Source: Candidatus Woesearchaeota archaeon
Lineage (GTDB): Archaea; Nanobdellota; Nanobdellia; Woesearchaeales; UBA9642
DNA length: 56,169 bases
Direction: 5' to 3'
Assembly: GCA_013330595.1 (NCBI GenBank)
Contig: DUIB01000018.1
Coordinates: forward strand, 1-56,169
Shown here: in pieces, positions 1-9,347 of the stretch
Position numbering within the stretch: position 1 is the first letter of the stretch
Layout: each line of letters starts with the position of its first letter
The notes under the pieces: model-generated
The model's database searches: none
Told to the model about the DNA's origin: nothing
The model's input: only the letters and a program-made list of their open reading frames with translations
Translations under genes and position numbers: made by a program

Positions 1-24
1 TTACGATTTCCGTTAATTTTTTAT

Positions 25-170
25 ACGTCAGAAATACCACTCATCTATGATGAGTGGAAAAGCCATGCTTATCCTTCTGATATACATGGACTGGTATTTC
101 TGATCGTGATCAAGAACAAACATGATTGCTAGCAATCATGCCACCGGTCTTTGACCGGTGGTTCTTGACA
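25..170 (+). repeat. Two-stem structured element, copy E1 (expanded loops)
   Basis: Stem 1 is tcagaaatacc 28-38 / ggtatttctga 93-103. Linker is tcgtga. Stem 2 is tcaagaa 110-116 / ttcttga 162-168, followed by ca. Loop 1 holds hairpin ccactcatc 37-45 / gatgagtgg 49-57. Loop 2 holds a perfect 20-nt palindrome (121-140) and hairpin ccaccggtc 141-149 / gaccggtgg 153-161. Same layout as 4169-4274 and 49276-49326. Confidence 0.6.
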
Positions 171-352
171 AGATCTTTATTCGACTCATATAATAGGCTT
201 AACACTGGATCTTTTTTCATTTCTATATCGTCTTTTAATAACTGATTAAACAATTGTTGCAATGCTATTGCTGCAGCTAAAAGTGCTCCACCAATAATTA
301 ATGCTTTACTAGTCATGTGATCTTTCTTTTTCCATCGATCCCAAAATGCCAT
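110..352 (-). CDS. hypothetical small membrane protein (80 aa)
   Basis: ORF with one hydrophobic helix (ALIIGGALLAAAIAL). Its last ~19 codons overlap the nested palindromes of element E1, so the 3' end is doubtful. Confidence 0.3.
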   Translation of the reverse strand: MAFWDRWKKKDHMTSKALIIGGALLAAAIALQQLFNQLLKDDIEMKKDPVLSLLYESNKDLVKNHRSKTGGMIASNHVCS

Positions 353-385
353 ACCTTCCTCCTTTCACAGCATATATTTAAATTT

Positions 386-730
386 TTACTTTTTGAGGCT
401 GATCAATCCAATAATGTAGGCAATGATCAATAATACGAAGCTTGCTATTATATTCTTGAATATCAATGCTCCTGCAAGGAATGCAATAACAACAGCTCCT
501 GATCCTATTAAGCCACCTTTTTTGTATATTTTGATCAATGTTAATACTGTTATTATCATAATCAGTGTTGGAAGTATTATAAATAATGTTTTAAGCACAG
601 AATGAATATTGGAGAATATTGGTTGTAGAAATTTTATGATCTCTTCTTCTGGGCTGATGCCTATTGCCAGCCATATTCCGTTAAGAAATCCGAAGCCAAT
701 AACGAATTTCTTTATGATATTTGATGCCAT
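386..730 (-). CDS. hypothetical multi-pass membrane protein (114 aa)
   Basis: Three to four hydrophobic segments in the ORF translation. No recognisable motif. Confidence 0.5.
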   Translation of the reverse strand: MASNIIKKFVIGFGFLNGIWLAIGISPEEEIIKFLQPIFSNIHSVLKTLFIILPTLIMIITVLTLIKIYKKGGLIGSGAVVIAFLAGALIFKNIIASFVLLIIAYIIGLISLKK

Positions 731-762
731 ATATAATGCTTTATTTTGTGTCTTTAAATAAT

Positions 763-1095
763 TTACTTTGTTAATTCATATATTTTAATTAATTCCTTTT
801 TAGTATAAGGTAATGTAAATGAGTCTTCTCTTGTGAAGCCGTATTCTTTTGTAGGATTCATAATTTTATCACATCCTTCCTTTATGATGGCTTCTGTAAT
901 TATCTCCTCTAAATAGTAATCTGGTTCATATTCGATCGGATAAATAAAACAATATCCGATTATTTTGTATTCTGTTATTATGTTAGATTTGTAATCAATT
1001 AAGATACGGTTAAATTGGTTATAGTATAATTTTTTAATATTTTTCACAATCCATCCCTTATTTATGGAGTTTTCTTTATCGCCAGTTTCATTCAT
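763..1095 (-). CDS. hypothetical protein (110 aa)
   Basis: Intact ORF in the same orientation as the two membrane ORFs downstream. No recognisable motif. Confidence 0.45.
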   Translation of the reverse strand: MNETGDKENSINKGWIVKNIKKLYYNQFNRILIDYKSNIITEYKIIGYCFIYPIEYEPDYYLEEIITEAIIKEGCDKIMNPTKEYGFTREDSFTLPYTKKELIKIYELTK

Positions 1096-1191
1096 GCTTT
1101 TAGAGTAGTCAATGCATATTTTTAAATCTATCTTTTCTTAGTGATAAATTTATAAATTCATCTGATTAAGAATTGTGTATAGGTGGTTTAG

Positions 1192-2502
1192 GTGTATGAA
1201 GCAATTATCTTGATAGTGCTAATAATGTTTTCAGCATTCTTTTCAGGATATGAATCAGCAATATTATCTTTGAGGATCTCCAGGATCAGAGAGCTTGTTA
1301 AGAAAAAAGTCAGGAATGCAAGGCTTGTAGAGAAATTCAAGCAAGACCAGCATAAGACTATTATTACATTGCTTGTTGGAAATAATATAGTCAATATTAC
1401 AGCTTCTGCTCTGGCAACTAAGATGACTTTTGATTTCTTGGCAAAATATAATATTCAGGCAGCTTTAGGTATTGCTATTGCTACTGGTATTATGACTTTC
1501 TTATTATTGATTTTTGGAGAAATTACTCCAAAGACATTGGCAATGAAAAAAGCAGAACAATTTGCCTTATTCGGAGCAGGAATTTTTAAGTTAATCAGTA
1601 TAATCCTAACACCGTTCAGAATGCTCTTCGAAGCTATTGCTTCGCTTATATTAGGAATTTTTGGGATATCATTAAAGGAATCTAGCTATTATACTGCGGG
1701 TGAATTAAAGGAATTTGTTGAGATGAGCCATGAAGAAGGTGCTATAAAGGAAAGCGAAAAGGAAATGATACATAATGTTCTGGATTTTAATGTGGTAAAT
1801 GTTAAAGAGATAATGACTCCATTAAGCAAGGTTGTTGCAGTTGATGCTGACGAGACAATAAAGGATATTATAGTGCTGTTGGTAAAGGATAATTTTTCTA
1901 GGATCCCTGTGTACAATAATCATATTGAGGATATGATAGGTGTCATATTCATAAAAGACCTATTGCCATACATTGAGAGACAGGAGACAAATATTAAATT
2001 GAGAGATATTATGAGAAAGATAGTTCATATCCCCAGCTCCAAAAAAATCAATACACTGTTTCATTATTTCAAGAACAAGAAAGAGCATATTGCAGTTGTT
2101 GTCAATGAATATGGAAACACTCTCGGAATTGTTACAATGGAAGATGTTCTTGAAGAGCTTGTTGGCGAGATACAGGATGAGAGTGATGATGCGGATGAGA
2201 ATAACATAAAAAAGATTGACGAGAACACAATCCTTGTTCCTGGATCAACCAACATCGATGATATTAATGAACTGCTCCATATGTCTATAGATGATCATGA
2301 AGGCTCTTTCCAGACAGTTGCAGGGATGATAATGTATTATTCTGGGAAGATACCGAAAAAAGGCCATGTACTGAAGATTAATAGCTTAACATTCACAATA
2401 ATTGATTCTGATCATAAGAAGATTGAGAAAGTCAAGATAGAAAAGATATCCTCTAGCTTTAAGAAGGATTTGATCCATAGCACTCATAAGATTTTTAAGT
2501 AA
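1192..2502 (+). CDS. CNNM/CorC/HlyC-family membrane protein (DUF21 TM region + CBS pair + CorC_HlyC C-terminal domain)
   Basis: N-terminal hydrophobic DUF21-like region, a central CBS-pair region (VMTPLSKVVAVD ... IPVYNN ... IAVVVNEYGNTLGIVTMEDVLEELVGEI) and a C-terminal transporter-associated domain. GTG start preceded by aggtgg. Confidence 0.85.
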   Translation: MYEAIILIVLIMFSAFFSGYESAILSLRISRIRELVKKKVRNARLVEKFKQDQHKTIITLLVGNNIVNITASALATKMTFDFLAKYNIQAALGIAIATGIMTFLLLIFGEITPKTLAMKKAEQFALFGAGIFKLISIILTPFRMLFEAIASLILGIFGISLKESSYYTAGELKEFVEMSHEEGAIKESEKEMIHNVLDFNVVNVKEIMTPLSKVVAVDADETIKDIIVLLVKDNFSRIPVYNNHIEDMIGVIFIKDLLPYIERQETNIKLRDIMRKIVHIPSSKKINTLFHYFKNKKEHIAVVVNEYGNTLGIVTMEDVLEELVGEIQDESDDADENNIKKIDENTILVPGSTNIDDINELLHMSIDDHEGSFQTVAGMIMYYSGKIPKKGHVLKINSLTFTIIDSDHKKIEKVKIEKISSSFKKDLIHSTHKIFK

Positions 2503-2503
2503 A

Positions 2504-2512
2504 TTTTATAAA
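2504..2512 (+). promoter_or_regulatory. TATA box candidate for orc1/cdc6
   Basis: ttttataaa centred about 26 nt upstream of the ATG at 2534. This spacing recurs upstream of many genes here and suggests short or absent leaders. Confidence 0.45.
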
Positions 2513-2533
2513 CAAACTGGAATTCTTTAAATC

Positions 2534-3595
2534 ATGGGAATATATGATGATATGCTTAAGCATAATGAATCCTTGTTCAGGAATGAATATGCACTAGATT
2601 ATAGTTTTCTTCCAAAGGCTATTCCTTACAGGGAAAGCCAGCAAAAATTCATTGCATCCTGCATAAAACCATTGATTAATGACCATAATGGCAGGAATGT
2701 GCTTATTCATGGGCCTCCAGGAGTTGGAAAGACAGCTGCATTAAGGCATCTTGTTAAGGAGCTTAATGAAAGTGATGAGTTTTCTGATAAATTATCTATT
2801 ATTTTTGTGAATTGTTGGCATAAGAATACAACATACAAGGTTGTTCTGGACTTATGTGATGAAATAGGTTATGCTTTTGTTCAAAATAAGAACACTGAGG
2901 ATCTGATAAAGATCCTCGCTCAAATAATCAATAAGAAATCAGCAATATTTATTTTTGATGAGATTGACAAGGCAGAGGATACAGATTTCCTTTACATATT
3001 ATCAGAACAGATCTATAGGAAAAGCATTTTCCTCGTGACAAATTATAAGTCATGGATGCTTGAGCTTGATGATAGGATAAGAAGCAGATTAATGCTTGAG
3101 CAGATTGAATTCCCGCAATACACTAAAGAGGAAATGTTCGGGATCTTGAAACAAAGAGTGGAACTTGCATTACAGGAAAACTGTATAAATGATAATGTTA
3201 TTGGATCAATTGCATTAAAGGCATCTGAATTAAAAGACATAAGAATAGGATTGTTTTTATTAAGGGAATCAGCATTGATTGCAGAAGAAAAAGCCTCAAG
3301 GCAGATAAAGCAAGAGCATGTTGATATTGCAATAACAAAGATCAATCAATTCACAATAAAAAATACAGATGAGCTCGATGAAGAGGCAAAAAACATTCTT
3401 AAGATCATTAAAGACAATTCTGGAAAAAAGATTGGTGATCTGTTCAAGGTCTATGAAAAAGCAGGAGGAAAATCCTCTTACAAAACATTCCAGAGAAAGA
3501 TCAACAAATTAGATGAAGGAAAATTCATCTCTCTTGAAAGGACATATGCAGGCGGCAATACAACAATTGTGAATAAGAAGTTGACTGAATATTGA
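2534..3595 (+). CDS. cdc6: Orc1/Cdc6 replication initiator (AAA+ plus winged helix)
   Basis: Walker A HGPPGVGKT, Walker B IFIFDEID, and the N-terminal YRESQ region typical of archaeal Orc1/Cdc6. The C-terminal ~80 aa look like a winged helix. Confidence 0.9.
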   Translation: MGIYDDMLKHNESLFRNEYALDYSFLPKAIPYRESQQKFIASCIKPLINDHNGRNVLIHGPPGVGKTAALRHLVKELNESDEFSDKLSIIFVNCWHKNTTYKVVLDLCDEIGYAFVQNKNTEDLIKILAQIINKKSAIFIFDEIDKAEDTDFLYILSEQIYRKSIFLVTNYKSWMLELDDRIRSRLMLEQIEFPQYTKEEMFGILKQRVELALQENCINDNVIGSIALKASELKDIRIGLFLLRESALIAEEKASRQIKQEHVDIAITKINQFTIKNTDELDEEAKNILKIIKDNSGKKIGDLFKVYEKAGGKSSYKTFQRKINKLDEGKFISLERTYAGGNTTIVNKKLTEY

Positions 3596-3598
3596 TTG

Positions 3599-3952
3599 TT
3601 ATTCTAATTTCTCTTCGCTTCGCATCATTATCTTGCAGCATTCCTCTATTGCTCCAAGTTTCTCTGATGCAGATCTTATATTTTGCTGTGCTTCTTCTAT
3701 TTGTTTCTTTCCTGCTTCTATTGATGATTTTGCCGAATCCTCTAACAATGCTGCTGATTCTTTTAACTTATCTAGATACTCATTCAGAACTCTCAATGCA
3801 TTCTCAACATTTGGCTTTGTTGTTTCGCTGACTTCTTTTATATGATTGTTTATAACGTCTAGTGCTTGATGTGTTTTTCCTTCATCGAGCAATGATATTG
3901 CCATATGAAGATTTTCTTTTTGCTTTATCAGCTGGAACATTTTCCCTTCCAA
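3599..3952 (-). CDS. hypothetical coiled-coil protein (117 aa)
   Basis: Intact ORF convergent with cdc6, with heptad-like charged helical sequence. The two plus-strand ORFs overlapping it look like shadows. Confidence 0.5.
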   Translation of the reverse strand: MEGKMFQLIKQKENLHMAISLLDEGKTHQALDVINNHIKEVSETTKPNVENALRVLNEYLDKLKESAALLEDSAKSSIEAGKKQIEEAQQNIRSASEKLGAIEECCKIMMRSEEKLE

Positions 3953-4093
3953 TTAAGGTATATTATTGGATACTTTATATCTTATTTACAGCAATATGTA
4001 TCTATTAGATTATATAGTTTATCATATTTTGTGCTTGATCCTGCATTAGACACACTGGACATCTGGCCACAGGGTATTTAAATCTTTGATATT

Positions 4094-4303
4094 ATGATCT
4101 ATTGCGCGGATGGAGGTACTATGATGGAAATCGAATTAGGAAAACATGATGACCCTGAATACATCGAGATGTCAGAAATCGTTTATGTACAATCTGTGAT
4201 ACATCAGATAAATACTATAACACCGATTTCTGATCATGATCAAAAACTAGGGCTTCAGCCCGTAATTTTTGACAGGCTGTTCCATTCATTGCTGGGGGTT
4301 TAA
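4094..4303 (+). CDS. doubtful small ORF (69 aa) overlapping structured element E2
   Basis: The ORF exists, but its middle and 3' part coincide with the two-stem element 4169-4274. That element is conserved at nucleotide and structure level, not protein level, with copy E1. Confidence 0.2.
   Translation: MIYCADGGTMMEIELGKHDDPEYIEMSEIVYVQSVIHQINTITPISDHDQKLGLQPVIFDRLFHSLLGV
4169..4274 (+). repeat. Two-stem structured element, copy E2
   Basis: Stem 1 is tcagaaatcg 4172-4181 / cgatttctga 4224-4233. Linker is tcatga. Stem 2 is tcaaaaa 4240-4246 / tttttga 4266-4272, followed by ca. Loop 2 holds hairpin gggc 4250-4253 / gccc 4258-4261. Confidence 0.6.
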
Positions 4304-4304
4304 G

Positions 4305-4388
4305 ATGAATAAAAGAATAATGGATCTGTTGGAATTGTATGAAGGAAAAGAATTCATTAATGAAAGATCAGAAGAACTTCTGATTTAA
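4305..4388 (+). CDS. possible 27-aa micro-ORF (MNKRIMDLLELYEGKEFINERSEELLI)
   Basis: ATG lies 1 nt after the stop of ORF 4094-4303. Below the ORF-track cutoff, with no other support. Confidence 0.15.
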   Translation: MNKRIMDLLELYEGKEFINERSEELLI

Positions 4389-4484
4389 ATTTTTTTATTT
4401 TCAATATCTGAAAAATTCTTTTTTTCAGTATTTGAAAACGCAGTTTTCAATACATTTTTAAATAAATTCTTATTGCCTGTTTTT

Positions 4485-5120
4485 ATGATTGTCTTAAATC
4501 TAGATGAATACAACATCCATAAGAAAATTATTCTCGATGAATTAAAAAAAACAGTATTTGTATATCCTACTGATACTATCTATGGCCTCGGATGCAATGC
4601 TACCGATGAAAAAGCTGTTGATAAACTTAGAAAAATTAAAAACACTAAACATCCTTTCTCTATAATTGTTCCGAACAAAGATTGGATCTATGACAATTGC
4701 ACCGTTAATGAAGAGGCTGAGGAATGGATAAGAAAGCTTCCTGGCCCATACACATTAATTTTGAGACTAAAAAATAAAAAAGCAATTGCTAACAATGTCC
4801 ATAACATGAAAGATAATCCAACTATTGGCATAAGGATGCCTAATCATTGGTTCTTGGCAGTTGTTTATCAATTAAAATTTCCTATTGTTACAACTTCAGC
4901 AAATATTTCTGGAAGAGACTTCATGACAGCATTGGATGATCTTGATCCGATAATAAGAAATAATGTGGATTATGTGTTTTATGAAGGCCCTAAGAGAGGA
5001 TGTCCTTCATCAATAATTCATCTTGAAGGTCCTATAATAAAGATTCAGCAAAGAAAAGAGAAATGCTCATCTGTAAAGATTGATTTTCCTTTAGAAGAGA
5101 TCAAATTAAGCCAGGAATAA
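4485..5120 (+). CDS. YrdC/Sua5-family L-threonylcarbamoyladenylate synthase (YrdC domain only)
   Basis: Motifs VYPTDTIYGLGCNA, GPYTLIL, IGIRMP, IVTTSANISG. Start moved to the ATG at 4485, about 25 nt downstream of tttttaaataaa; the track start is a TTG. Confidence 0.85.
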   Translation: MIVLNLDEYNIHKKIILDELKKTVFVYPTDTIYGLGCNATDEKAVDKLRKIKNTKHPFSIIVPNKDWIYDNCTVNEEAEEWIRKLPGPYTLILRLKNKKAIANNVHNMKDNPTIGIRMPNHWFLAVVYQLKFPIVTTSANISGRDFMTALDDLDPIIRNNVDYVFYEGPKRGCPSSIIHLEGPIIKIQQRKEKCSSVKIDFPLEEIKLSQE

Positions 5121-5121
5121 A

Positions 5122-5754
5122 ATGAAAATACTTTCTGCAGGAGACTTGCACGGAGATATTGGATTAGTCAAGAAATTAGCTGCAAAAGCAGAAAAAGAGA
5201 ATGTAGATATTGTAATCTTATGCGGAGACCTTACTGAAGGTGATGAGAAGACAGATAATATCATAGGACAATTTCTTAAGAAAAATAAAAAGGTCTTGAT
5301 AGTTCCAGGAAATCATGAAAGCCCTGCAACAGCTGACTTCCTTGCACAATTTTATGGGATAAAGAACCTTCACGGATATTCAGTAAGGTTGGTTGATCCA
5401 ATAAAGGATCATAATGTATTCAAGAATGTTGGTGTGTTTGGTTGCTCTGGTGTCAATATTGGGATACATCAGATCACAGATAAGGAAAGCTATGACTTAT
5501 TGAAAAAAGGTCATGATTATATCAAGGATGCTGACATCAAGATAATGGTTACTCATGTCCATCCTTCTGGAACAAAAATGGAGCGATTCACTCAATTTTT
5601 TGAGGGCAGTAAAGCAGTAAGAAGAGCAATAGATAAGTTCCAGCCAGACATAATGCTATGCAGCCATGTCCATGAAGCAGAAGGTCTTGAAGAGAGGATA
5701 GGGAAGACACGCGTGATAAACGTTGGCGCGAAAGGAAAGATATTTGAGGTTTAA
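5122..5754 (+). CDS. calcineurin-like metallophosphoesterase
   Basis: Motifs GDLHGD, LCGDL, PGNHE, VTHVHP, CSHVHE. Confidence 0.8.
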   Translation: MKILSAGDLHGDIGLVKKLAAKAEKENVDIVILCGDLTEGDEKTDNIIGQFLKKNKKVLIVPGNHESPATADFLAQFYGIKNLHGYSVRLVDPIKDHNVFKNVGVFGCSGVNIGIHQITDKESYDLLKKGHDYIKDADIKIMVTHVHPSGTKMERFTQFFEGSKAVRRAIDKFQPDIMLCSHVHEAEGLEERIGKTRVINVGAKGKIFEV

Positions 5755-5758
5755 GTAT

Positions 5759-6586
5759 ATGCTTAAGATCAATTCTAAATTGAAATTGAATGATGGAAAT
5801 GAGATTCCATTGCTAGGATTTGGTGCATGGCAGATTGAGGATGGAAAGCAGATAGAGGATTGCATCTCAACAGCCTTCAAGGCAGGTTATAGACTTATTG
5901 ACACTGCAAGCATTTATGGAAATGAAAAAGGAGTGGGAAGTGCTGTGAGAAAAGCAGTTGCTTCAGGAATTCCTAGAGAGGAAATATTTGTCACAACAAA
6001 ACTATATAATGATGATCATGATAATGTTGAAAAAGCATTTAATGAATCCTTAAAAAAACTTGGATTAGACTATATTGACTTATATTTAATTCATTGGCCT
6101 GTAATAGGAAAAAGAATAGCAACATGGAAGATTTTTGAGAAACTGCTTAATACAGGAAAAGTAAAATCAATTGGGGTGAGTAATTTTACTATATCACAGC
6201 TTCAAGAGCTCATGAAGAATTCAGAGATTGTTCCTGCTATAAACCAAGTTGAATTCAGTCCATGGCTTTATCAAAAAGAACTTCTAGATTTCTGCAAAAA
6301 AAATAATATTATTCTTGAAGCATATAGTCCATTGACAAGAGGAAAGATGCTTAATGACAAAAGGTTAGCAATTATTGCGAAAAAATATGATAGGAGTCCA
6401 GCACAGATGATCCTTAGATGGGCTATTCAACAGGATATTGTTGTTATTCCTAAAAGCACTGATCCAAAAAAGATTGTTGAAAATTCTCAATTATATGATT
6501 TTGAGATTGAAAAGAAGGATATTGAAACAATCAATTCCTTCAATGAGAACAAGAGATTCTGCTGGAATCCTGAAGAATTAGACTGA
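5759..6586 (+). CDS. aldo/keto reductase
   Basis: Motifs GFGAWQ, IDTASIYGNE, LYLIHWP, NQVEFSPW, IPKS. Start trimmed to the ATG at 5759 to remove the overlap with the upstream gene. Confidence 0.85.
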   Translation: MLKINSKLKLNDGNEIPLLGFGAWQIEDGKQIEDCISTAFKAGYRLIDTASIYGNEKGVGSAVRKAVASGIPREEIFVTTKLYNDDHDNVEKAFNESLKKLGLDYIDLYLIHWPVIGKRIATWKIFEKLLNTGKVKSIGVSNFTISQLQELMKNSEIVPAINQVEFSPWLYQKELLDFCKKNNIILEAYSPLTRGKMLNDKRLAIIAKKYDRSPAQMILRWAIQQDIVVIPKSTDPKKIVENSQLYDFEIEKKDIETINSFNENKRFCWNPEELD

Positions 6587-6823
6587 TTGTTTCTTCAATG
6601 CATATTCTCTCTGAAAATTATTTTTTGCATAATCATAAATCTCTCTTGCTTGTTCTTTGGTTATTAATGATTTCATATCACAGTCATTCCATGCTTCTTC
6701 AAATGATTTTGAATTTTTTCCATCGCCAGGTAAAGAACATATTGCTCCTGCATTTCTAAAATAAATCTTTGCTTGGCCCTCTTGAACTTCAGAACTTGAA
6801 GATTCAATTTCTTTCTTGATCAT
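6578..6823 (-). CDS. hypothetical protein (81 aa), translationally coupled to rtcB
   Basis: Its ATG overlaps the rtcB stop by 4 nt. No recognisable motif. Confidence 0.4.
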   Translation of the reverse strand: MIKKEIESSSSEVQEGQAKIYFRNAGAICSLPGDGKNSKSFEEAWNDCDMKSLITKEQAREIYDYAKNNFQREYALKKQSV

Positions 6824-8241
6824 CCTTTAATGACTCCTAATGGCTTTAATCTTGCAACCATGTTGCCAATGCCGATACCGTGTGAAACACGAATAACTTC
6901 ATCTATGTCTTTGTACATTTGCGGAGCTTCTTCTGCAATGCCTTTCATTGAATTGCCTCTGACAAGAATGTTCATGTTGTGTAATTGATTTACAATATCA
7001 TGGCCTCTTAATGTCCTTAATGCTTCGCTTCTTGATCCTACTCTTCCTGCTCCATGTGCTGTTGATCCAAAACTTACCTCTTCTGCTTTTTTAGTTCCAA
7101 CAAGTACATATGATGCTGTTCCCATTGATCCTGGAATAATAATTGGCTGACCATAATCTCTATATACTTCTGGAATCTCCTCTCTTCCTGGTCCAAAACT
7201 TCTTGTCGCACCTTTTCTATGCACACAAACCTTTCTATTTTCTCCATCAATATTATGTTTCTCAAATTTACCGATATTATGGCATACATCATACACAACA
7301 TCAATATTATCCTGATTACCATAGATCTTTTCAAAAGTCTGCCTAACCCAGTAAGTAATAAGTTGCTTGTTTGTGAATGCAAAATTTGCAGCAGCACCCA
7401 TTGCTTTTAAATAATCCTGGCCAAGGTCAGAATTAATAGGGGCATTGATCAATTCCCTGTCAGGAAGATTTTCAAATCCATATTTTTGCTCCATTGACTT
7501 GATATAATCAGATGCCACTTGATGTCCGAGGCCTCTTGAGCCACAATGTATCATAACAACAACCTGCCCTTCATTATATATCCCAAATGCTTCTGCAATC
7601 TTTTGATCATAGATCTTATCAACTTTCTGCATTTCAAGAAAATGATTTCCTGATCCTAAAGTTCCAAGTTGTGGGACTCCGCGTTCAATAGCTCTATCAG
7701 AGACTAATAATGGATCTGCATCTAAATGTCCGTTTTCTTCTGTCCTATCAATATCATCATGCTTTCCGTATCCATTATCAATAGCCCATCTCTCTCCTTT
7801 TTCAAGAATCTCCATTAATTCATCTCTAGTTATTTTAACAATTCCTTTTCTTCCGGTGCCTACTGGAACTTTTTTGTATATTTCATCAAGAAAATCCTTT
7901 CTCTTATCAAGAATCTGATCAACATTAAAGTCTGTTCTTAGAAGCCTCACCGAGCATGAAATATCATACCCAATGCCCCCTGGAGAGATTATTCCATCGT
8001 CTTTATCAAATGCAGCAACTCCACCAATTGGAAATCCATAACCTTCATGACAATCAGGCATTGCTATCGCATTCTTGACAATTCCTTTAAGACATGCAAC
8101 ATTCATTATCTGATTAAAAGTCTTGTCTGATTTGACCTTTTCCATCAAAGCATCAGAACTATAAACAATTGCAGGAACATTCATATCCCCATGCTTCTCA
8201 ATCTTCCACGTGAATTCATTAATCTTAACTGGCTGAACCAT
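6820..8241 (-). CDS. rtcB: RNA-splicing ligase RtcB
   Basis: Full-length 473 aa with GGIGYDISC, GSGNHFLE, HCGSRGLGHQV, HRKGATR and STAHGAGR motifs. No intein-sized insertion. Confidence 0.95.
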   Translation of the reverse strand: MVQPVKINEFTWKIEKHGDMNVPAIVYSSDALMEKVKSDKTFNQIMNVACLKGIVKNAIAMPDCHEGYGFPIGGVAAFDKDDGIISPGGIGYDISCSVRLLRTDFNVDQILDKRKDFLDEIYKKVPVGTGRKGIVKITRDELMEILEKGERWAIDNGYGKHDDIDRTEENGHLDADPLLVSDRAIERGVPQLGTLGSGNHFLEMQKVDKIYDQKIAEAFGIYNEGQVVVMIHCGSRGLGHQVASDYIKSMEQKYGFENLPDRELINAPINSDLGQDYLKAMGAAANFAFTNKQLITYWVRQTFEKIYGNQDNIDVVYDVCHNIGKFEKHNIDGENRKVCVHRKGATRSFGPGREEIPEVYRDYGQPIIIPGSMGTASYVLVGTKKAEEVSFGSTAHGAGRVGSRSEALRTLRGHDIVNQLHNMNILVRGNSMKGIAEEAPQMYKDIDEVIRVSHGIGIGNMVARLKPLGVIKG

Positions 8242-8570
8242 TCTAGAAGAAATTTTGGCGGGTTTATAAAGGTTTATGGTTTTTTTCCGGGTTTCTTTGA
8301 AATATTTCCGAAATATTCACAGCAATCATTATTAACATGCATATATTCCCCTTATTATGGATTCATTTAAGACTTTATATAGCAAGCAATTACACAAATA
8401 TTTTGATAACAATAATCATGTGTATAGTATTCATAAATATCCCAGATATCTTCCAGTGGCGTTATATGCTGCATATCTTGTTATTCAAGCAATAGACTGC
8501 AATGTTCACAAAAGTGTAGATAATCAGAAAAATACAACCGTAATAAATTCTTATAACGATTATACTGTTT

Positions 8571-9347
8571 GTGAACGTAATATTTATAAGAACAACAAAT
8601 TCCCGAGTTTTAGTGAATTTAGATAAAGTATCATATAAATTAGGGAGCTTGAGAGAGTCTTTACCTGATCTCTTAGCATTAATTGGTTCAATTGACTGCT
8701 CGATACAATTTATTAAATATACTTCAGTTATTGGAGCAAATGGGTTTTCTGCGATTCCTTATGTTGGTTATTCAATAATAGGAATTGGATGTATTAGAGA
8801 AACTTTGTCTTCTCTCAAATATAGAATGATGCATTTTGGAATTAAAAATAATTTTATTGAGGGTGTTAATTTAGCGTCTGAGAGAATAATTATAGATGAT
8901 TTAGAGGGATTGGATTTTTTATTAGCCAGAACTGAAAAAAATGAAATAAGAGAGTGGGGAAGTGTTTTAAAAGGCGGAATTGAAAAAACAAATTTTGTCA
9001 TAACTCATATAACAAGGAAAGAAGAGACAGATATGCTAAAAATATTTACAAGAAGAACGCCTATAAGTATGAATGTTGATTTTAAAAAGTTAGAAGATTG
9101 GCAGGGTACGCATCATTATCATCCAAGTATTTTCACAAAATATTTAGGCGGCATTAATTTTTATGTAACTTATTTAGATAGGTTTGTTCAAAATGCAAAC
9201 TCCATAAATTTATTGACATTCAATACTAAATCTGGACCTGAAATAATCGGATTTAATTATCTAGATGTATATATACCAGAGTCAAAAGCGAATAGGAGTG
9301 TTCTAGTGAGAGCAGACAAAAGGCAAATTTATGATTATTTATCCTAA
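8571..9347 (+). CDS. hypothetical protein, hydrophobic N-terminal half, HHYHPS motif
   Basis: GTG start that overlaps out of frame with ORF 8357-8626, so a frameshifted gene is possible. THHYHPS ... TYLD loosely recalls a JAMM HxH...SxxD site, but the spacing is non-canonical. Confidence 0.4.
   Translation: MNVIFIRTTNSRVLVNLDKVSYKLGSLRESLPDLLALIGSIDCSIQFIKYTSVIGANGFSAIPYVGYSIIGIGCIRETLSSLKYRMMHFGIKNNFIEGVNLASERIIIDDLEGLDFLLARTEKNEIREWGSVLKGGIEKTNFVITHITRKEETDMLKIFTRRTPISMNVDFKKLEDWQGTHHYHPSIFTKYLGGINFYVTYLDRFVQNANSINLLTFNTKSGPEIIGFNYLDVYIPESKANRSVLVRADKRQIYDYLS

Noticed and set aside
46-103. A C/D box sRNA (atgatga at 46-52; ctga at 77-80 and 100-103)
   Set aside because: The box spacing (24 nt from the C box to the first CTGA, with no C' box at the right distance) does not fit the compact archaeal C/D layout. 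The region is better explained as copy E1 of the two-stem element.
110-170. An H/ACA-like sRNA (a stem closed at 162-168 and followed by ACA at 168-170)
   Set aside because: The fold is a three-way junction of perfect palindromes with no pseudouridylation pocket or K-turn, and the same outer stem is part of the repeated element family.
3592-3845. Two plus-strand ORFs (79 and 70 aa) following cdc6
   Set aside because: They overlap each other and the better-supported minus-strand coiled-coil ORF 3599-3952, and are leucine- and serine-rich antisense artefacts.
4040-4075. An origin recognition box or oriC next to orc1/cdc6
   Set aside because: Only a single partial match to the ORB core (gtccagtg on the minus strand, 4053-4060) was found. 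There are no repeated ORB or mini-ORB copies flanking an unwinding element, so the evidence is insufficient.
7074-7410. ORFs inside or antisense to rtcB, with similar shadow ORFs at 1689-1916, 3043-3345, 17200-17595, 17782-18108, 18878-19165, 29315-29587, 29949-30269, 42585-42974 and 53972-54250
   Set aside because: They lie entirely within strongly supported genes, have biased low-complexity composition and no start-site signals. They are typical shadow ORFs of an AT-rich genome.
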